Source of the DNA: Antedon mediterranea
Lineage: Eukaryota; Animalia; Echinodermata
Length of the DNA: 64,000 nt
Reading direction: 5' to 3'
NCBI RefSeq assembly: GCF_964355755.1
Contig: NC_092673.1
Coordinates: 35,709,648-35,773,647 of the forward strand
Below the pieces are notes generated by a model, which made no database searches, was not told the DNA's origin, and worked only from the letters and a program-made list of their open reading frames with translations. The first letter of the stretch is position 1. Every line of letters begins with the position of its first letter. The translations under genes and the position numbers were made by a program. This document shows, piece by piece, positions 59,415-64,000 of the stretch.

Positions 59415-60593
59415 TGTAAGTCACATTGAGTATAAACTCAGACAGCCTAGTCATTGTAATCTTTACATTGACTGGCGACTTTGTATTGACACGGCCGCTG
59501 TTTGTTTATCCGTCTTGAATATGCCTTCATAAATCGAATTCCAATCATTCTTAACGCACAAATTATCTTGATATTCATCTTGTTTTCAAAACGTAAAATT
59601 CATACCTGTTCTGGGATTCTAAATCTTCACTTCATCAAGCTTTTATTTTAGTTTCAATTATCTTCTTCTTCGGAGAAAATTAAGAAGGCAGTTTCTTCAT
59701 TTGATAATTTCAGTTTCAATGTTCTTCTTCAGAAATAATAATGTCGTTCTTCCTTGATCATTTCAGTTACAATTGTCTTCCTCGGAAATGAAGTTGAATC
59801 TTTAAAGCCAGTTTCTTTGGTATCTTTTTTCTCAAGACAATGCTGCATAAAATGTTCCATTACCTATGCGTCTTATGAATAGTCTTGCATTATTAACATG
59901 CTTATATCGGCGATCTATTAACGGCGCTAATATTTCAAAATGTTCAAAGACGCTTAGTTACAATATTACGTACTGTACTATATAAGTATAATAACACATG
60001 CAGGACCGTCCAGTCTACTACAACAATTCGCGACTTAGTGTCTTCATACTCGCTTCTTCCATTCAAAATGACCATTCAATATCGACGTTTTCCTTTCACC
60101 AGCACAATTCACCAGCACAATTCACCATGTTGTGTTAATCCGCTTGTTGTTGGAATTCAAAGATTTCCTAATCCGTGACCTGCATACGGAGTCTAATTTG
60201 CATTTGCAAAACGAATTTCGATTAAGACAAAAAAAAAGCAATATGGCATTAGGCTAATTGAATATTATTGAAATTTTCTGACTAAACTCGCGCAATAAAT
60301 TGTAGTACAGCATTTAACTATTATTTGGATGAAGCAATCAACCATGCAATCAGCTAATCGAAGAAACAATTAACTGGCCAACATTACTCGTCAAACCGAC
60401 ATTTAATAATTAAAACCGAAGGAAGCCATATACTACCTATCTATAGGCCTATATATAAAAGGCAAACACAAAAAGTTTGTCCTCTGCATGCCGCGGTACA
60501 ACCTCTGATTGGTGTGAATTTTACACTTCACTTCAATCGTGCAAAATGTATTTATGTAAATGCATTTTAATTTTACCTTGTAGTGCTTATATC

Positions 60594-60860
60594 GGTTTAT
60601 AGGATACTGTACCTAAGTAAGTGTCAGGGTTTATAGGATACTGTACCTAAGTAAGTGTCAGGGTTTATAGGATACTGTACCTAAGCAAGTGTCAGGGTTT
60701 ATAGGATACTGTACCTAAGTAAGTGTCAGGGTTTATAGGATACTGTACCTAAGTAAGTGTCAGGGTTTATAGGATACTGTACCTAAGCAAGTGTCAGGGT
60801 TTATAGGATACTGTACCAAGTGTCAGGGTTTATAGGATACTGTACCTAAGTAAGTGTCAG
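60594..60860. repeat. 34-bp minisatellite, about 8 copies
   Basis: Unit gggtttataggatactgtacctaagtaagtgtca; one unit has a deletion. Confidence 0.92.
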
Positions 60861-61261
60861 TCTCATTGTATCATCGTATTCGGGATTTTCAACGTTGGAC
60901 CACCTGAGTCTGCTAATTTCCAGTTATTTGATATACCTCCATGGTGTTTAATAACGTAATTTGTTATAAAGTAAAACGTTACACGCCTTAACATTTTGTC
61001 CCCATATAGCTTGTTAGTTTTCAATGTTTGTCTATCCAATAGAAGTACATTAACGACTGCCTGTCCCATTAGTCATAAACATAATTGTATTGAAGAATCT
61101 ATTCTAGTCATTTAAGTTCGGACTAAGTTTTAGTTCGATTAATTATTGCACAGACTTATTAATTCAAATACAAACAGAATGACATACAATGTTATATACA
61201 GTGATCTTTATCTTTTAATTTGCTTTTTAATGGTTTCATAGTAACCATTTAACATTATCAG

Positions 61262-61561
61262 GGCTCAAAGGTGCCTCCTGCATACAGTATATTTAAAAGG
61301 TATACAATACCATTTAGATATTTTAAGAGGCACCTATGAGCCACCGTGTATTTTGACAGGAGGTAGGCTCAAAGGTGCTTCCTGCATACAGTATATTCAA
61401 CAGGTATACAATACCATTTAGATATTTTAAGAGGCACCTATGAGCCACCGCGCATTTTGACAGGAGGTAGGCTCAAAGGTGCCTCCTGCATACAGTATAT
61501 TCAACCGGTATACAATACCATTTAGATATTTTAAGAGGCACCTACGAGCCACCGTGTATTT
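61262..61561. repeat. About 104-bp tandem repeat, 3 copies, with internal inverted repeat
   Basis: ggctcaaaggtgcctc ... gaggcacctatgagcc starting near 61262, 61366 and 61470. Confidence 0.88.
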
Positions 61562-63237
61562 CAAAAGGCTAGTTCCACCAGAACAAAACATGTTAATTAA
61601 AGAGTAGAAAAATCCACTATTATTGCCAAATTTGACAATTTTTATTTGTTTAGTATCAAATGCATTTTGTTTAACAAAAAAAGTAATTACAATACTACAC
61701 TAAATAGAACTGTTTGGTTGGTGAGCATTTTGTTTACAAATAAAACACATTAAATAAAAACAATTAAATACATAGGCCTTTCGATTACATTTAAATGCAT
61801 ATTTCATTAATTTACATACTACTGCCATAGCATGATTTAAGAGTGACTGAGGAAAGACTAGTTATTGCGTTACTGGGTAACAAAGGCTATGAGGACAAAA
61901 ATACAAGTTGAGGGCAGCAAATTCCATATTTCATTTTTGTAACCAAGACTTTTTAAATTGTACAAATACATCATCCCATTCTTGAAAATTAGCAACCTGG
62001 TCTTTAAAAAACAAGAAGAAATATACGCTTGGTAATTATTCTGGGGCAACATTTGATGATAATTTTGTTTGCAAACGATGACAAAGTAACAAAAATAATA
62101 AAATAAATACATTAATTACATTTTTTCATGTTCATTTTGATGCTTCGATTCACAAATGCATATTTTACCCGTTCACAATTATCTACTCTCACTGAATAGA
62201 ATAAGATTCGATAAAAACAGATTTAAACCAATTAAATTCATCTCAATTACATAGAAGACAAATTAAACTGTCTACACTATCAAACTTTATGTGACAAAAA
62301 ATGTGATGTGCCCATATATGGACATGATGATGTCATATCATTACCATATTTGGGCACATCACTAGTCCATAAATTATACGATTAGATTTATAAAAAAATA
62401 TTCTAAACACAATGCTGACAAAAACAAATAGAATATATTTTGTAATTATTTAGTCTTTATATAACTGATTTATCCATATTTCATTAATAGTTTCTTATAC
62501 TAACGGACTGAGTGAGAAGTTGAGTTAAGACTTAGTTTGGTCCTTAAGTTTTGGATTCCAAGTATAAAGTTTTGGTTTGAATGTAAATCAGTGTTTTATC
62601 TCGCAACAGCAGCAGTTACACAGGCAGCATAAGCTTGGTTCCCACTATGACACAATACAAGGACGTGCAACGCAAGTAATTTGACTAATCGCAAGCGATG
62701 GATAATCCGAACTGTTGCTTGTGATTGGTCAACCCACTTATGTTGTGTTTACGTCCTTGTGTTGCAACAAAATGAGAACCAAGCATTAGTGATTAAACAT
62801 GCATAGATCTCCCTTCATATATATATTTACTTTTGGGCATCATTGAAAATTGAACCATCACTTCACAGTACTTAACTGTTAACGGAGCAAACTTAACTTA
62901 TGATAGACATCCGTGATGTCATCATCTAAGACTCCTGCTTACCTCCAGAGGTAACCAACTCAAACCAACTACATTGACAGCACCTGTTTGTTTCTTTGCA
63001 CATAAACATTTGTATCATGAGTTGACAAACATCACAAGAGTTGTTTATTTATAATTTTATAGGTGCTTAAAACAGGTTGCTTATTTATACCACTGTGCAT
63101 TGTAAAGGTAAGCTTCCTGTCATACATTTAGACTGTAGCATACAGCGAGCCAACATGGCCATACCATAATTACTGGAGTTGGTTTCTAAGTTGAGTATCA
63201 AAAGTCTTTACAAATCTACCTAAACACTATACCTAAC

Positions 63238-64000
63238 CTAACTGGGAGGCTTTTCTTGGAATATATACAAATTATTTGTAGCTGCTACAGCAATTATGTT
63301 TTCTTTGGGATGCCATGCGGTGTGCAGGATTTTACGGTTGAAATCTAAACTATCTACACTCATCTCATCCTTCTTGCGCTTCGTTCCTGTACACACTTTA
63401 CGTGGCTTTAGCACCTGCAGTGGCTTCATGTTTTCTTTAGACGCTTCTAATGTTAGATCTCGTTTCGATGTGCGGTCAAACATTCTAAAGAAGTTGTTGT
63501 ATGAACCAGTCATAATTGCACTAAAAATTAAAGCAAATAATATTTATTTAATTTGTTATTCAAATAAAACAGTGGTTTCTATACAAGGAATGACTAGGGA
63601 CCACTGACTTCTTACCATAATAGATATAATCAAAACTGGTACATAAGTTATAAGTTAAACTGGTACATAAGGTATAATTAAAATGGTTGCACAAGTTTAT
63701 TTAAAAATATATAAACCAAAACAAAAAATTACAGTAAAAAAAAAAAATACAAATTACAGGGATGTTTTTTGTAAGAGAACATAAATTATTTGTTTTACTA
63801 TACTTTGGCTTATAATTAATTTGAGATATCTACAAACACAGAAGCCAGCACATTTTGTTAAGCTAAAAGAATTATACTTTACCTGTCATTTCCATTCCAA
63901 ACGCATTCAAATTTATCAAAGATACAATCATTTTCATACAATGAACAAAGTTTACTACGTAGATATTCATGGACTTGGAAGGTCTCGACAGGTGTGCTAT
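63238..64000 (-). CDS. PPP2R2: PP2A regulatory subunit B55, last two coding exons (64000-63883 partial, 63520-63238)
   Basis: [30 protein letters not shown] spliced in phase 2 to [16 protein letters not shown]...[31 protein letters not shown]. Confidence 0.96.

Overview
Eukaryotic, AT-rich, intron-containing animal DNA, most likely a marine invertebrate deuterostome (inferred from gene content and repeats, not proven). Host genes are three minus-strand aminergic GPCRs (a divergent single-exon orphan, a two-coding-exon alpha-1-adrenergic-like receptor, an intronless invertebrate-type dopamine Dop1R2/INDR-like receptor), a 6-exon FAHD2 head-to-head with a 15-exon M17 aminopeptidase, and the last two exons of PP2A B55 (PPP2R2). 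Mobile DNA includes an intact BEL/Pao LTR retrotransposon (491-bp LTRs, CAGCA TSD) inserted in a 54-bp minisatellite. It also includes a full-length DIRS tyrosine-recombinase retrotransposon whose left ITR is split by a Harbinger-type element that itself contains a hAT-type element. A truncated LINE, two tRNA-derived SINE families, several MITE families, a probable Helitron and several tandem arrays are also present. Best leads: (1) the BEL element has no tRNA-type primer-binding site; its PBS position is instead complementary to its own LTR, suggesting Tf1-like self-priming; (2) the DIRS recombinase frame has no ATG but sits behind splice acceptors, suggesting a spliced Gag-YR product; (3) tandem duplications that begin at splice donors and MITE ends; (4) minimal hammerhead-like motifs. 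No CRISPR or prokaryotic system was found. All coordinates were read by eye.
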